A stretch of 24,000 nucleotides of DNA from Actinomycetes bacterium (GTDB lineage Bacteria; Actinomycetota; Acidimicrobiia; Acidimicrobiales; Acidimicrobiaceae), in contig JAJYGT010000128.1 of NCBI GenBank assembly GCA_021785005.1, positions 1,361 through 25,360 of the forward strand, given 5' to 3'. Within the stretch, counting starts at the first letter, position 1; each line of letters starts with the position of its first letter. This document shows positions 23,742 through 24,000 of the stretch, piece by piece. Position numbers and translations under genes: made by a program. The notes beneath the pieces are model-generated. The model searched no databases, was not told the origin of the DNA, and was given only the letters and a program-made list of their open reading frames with translations.

Positions 23742-24000
23742 TCAGCCGTCGACGTATCTGCCCAGATACTCACCAGTAATGGTTGAGCGAGCAGCGACGA
23801 GAGCGGCAGGTGTGCCCTGGAAAATGATTCTGCCACCGTCGTGGCCTGCGCTAGGTCCAAGGTCAATGATCCAATCTGCGTGCGCCATGACGGCCAGGTG
23901 GTGCTCAATGACAATGACGGACTTTCCTGAATCAACAAGACGATCAAGTAGTCCTAATAGTTGTTCGACGTCAGCTAGGTGTAAGCCCGTAGTGGGCTCG
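23742..24000 (-). CDS. uvrA: UvrA-family ABC ATPase (excinuclease ABC subunit A or paralog), C-terminal fragment; gene continues beyond the window
   Basis: My hand translation of the minus strand gives EPTTGLHLADVEQLLGLLDRLVDSGKSVIVIEHHLAVMAHADWIIDLGPSAGHDGGRIIFQGTPAALVAARSTITGEYLGRYVDG*. This is the Walker B / D-loop / H-loop region of the second UvrA ABC module. The stop TGA is tca at 23742-23744. The ORF-track entry 23606..23947 is in the wrong frame. Confidence 0.85.
   Translation of the reverse strand, partial: EPTTGLHLADVEQLLGLLDRLVDSGKSVIVIEHHLAVMAHADWIIDLGPSAGHDGGRIIFQGTPAALVAARSTITGEYLGRYVDG

Noticed and set aside
23606-23947. 113-aa minus-strand ORF from the ORF track
   Set aside because: Its translation is low-complexity. 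It overlaps, in a different frame, a clean UvrA C-terminal ABC-module translation ending at 23742. The UvrA frame is the real one.

Overview
About 60% of the window (1361-15248, + strand) is one complete, tightly packed [NiFe]-hydrogenase supercluster. In order it holds a DUF1641-like gene, hypA, hypB, a small subunit with no Tat leader, the large subunit and its C-terminal endopeptidase. Five translationally coupled accessory genes follow: orf138, a TPR protein, orf127, a NifU-like/Rieske Fe-S protein and a six-bladed NHL propeller. The cluster ends with hypC-hypF-hypD-hypE. A divergent AraC-family regulator (122-1225, -) sits upstream, and the shared intergenic region carries repeats. Subunit sizes and the small-subunit motifs (C-S-G-N in place of CxxC, Q-x-x-C in place of HxxC) point to a cytosolic uptake hydrogenase. 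It looks like group 2a (cyanobacterial HupSL / mycobacterial Huc-like) or the related group 1h high-affinity type; this needs phylogenetic confirmation. Convergent with hypE is an orphan three-gene operon (19023-15328, -) of large, Ser/Thr-rich type IV minor-pilin-like proteins (PilV-like, prepilin G|LSLIE protein, PilX-like). No major pilin or assembly genes are in view. The right-hand 5 kb is gene-poor and looks decayed. It contains an AAA+/DUF4143-type ATPase gene broken by an in-frame TAG between Walker A and Walker B, and a 33-bp tandem repeat. Next is an ~860-bp ORF-free stretch bracketed by imperfect direct repeats, then an intact rnhA. Beyond that lie an AT-rich stretch with a small HTH ORF, a motif-dense AT-rich spacer and the 3' end of a uvrA-like gene running off the window. 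I recognised no rRNA, tRNA, CRISPR array, transposase or integrase. TTG and GTG starts are frequent. The taxon cannot be determined from the sequence alone.
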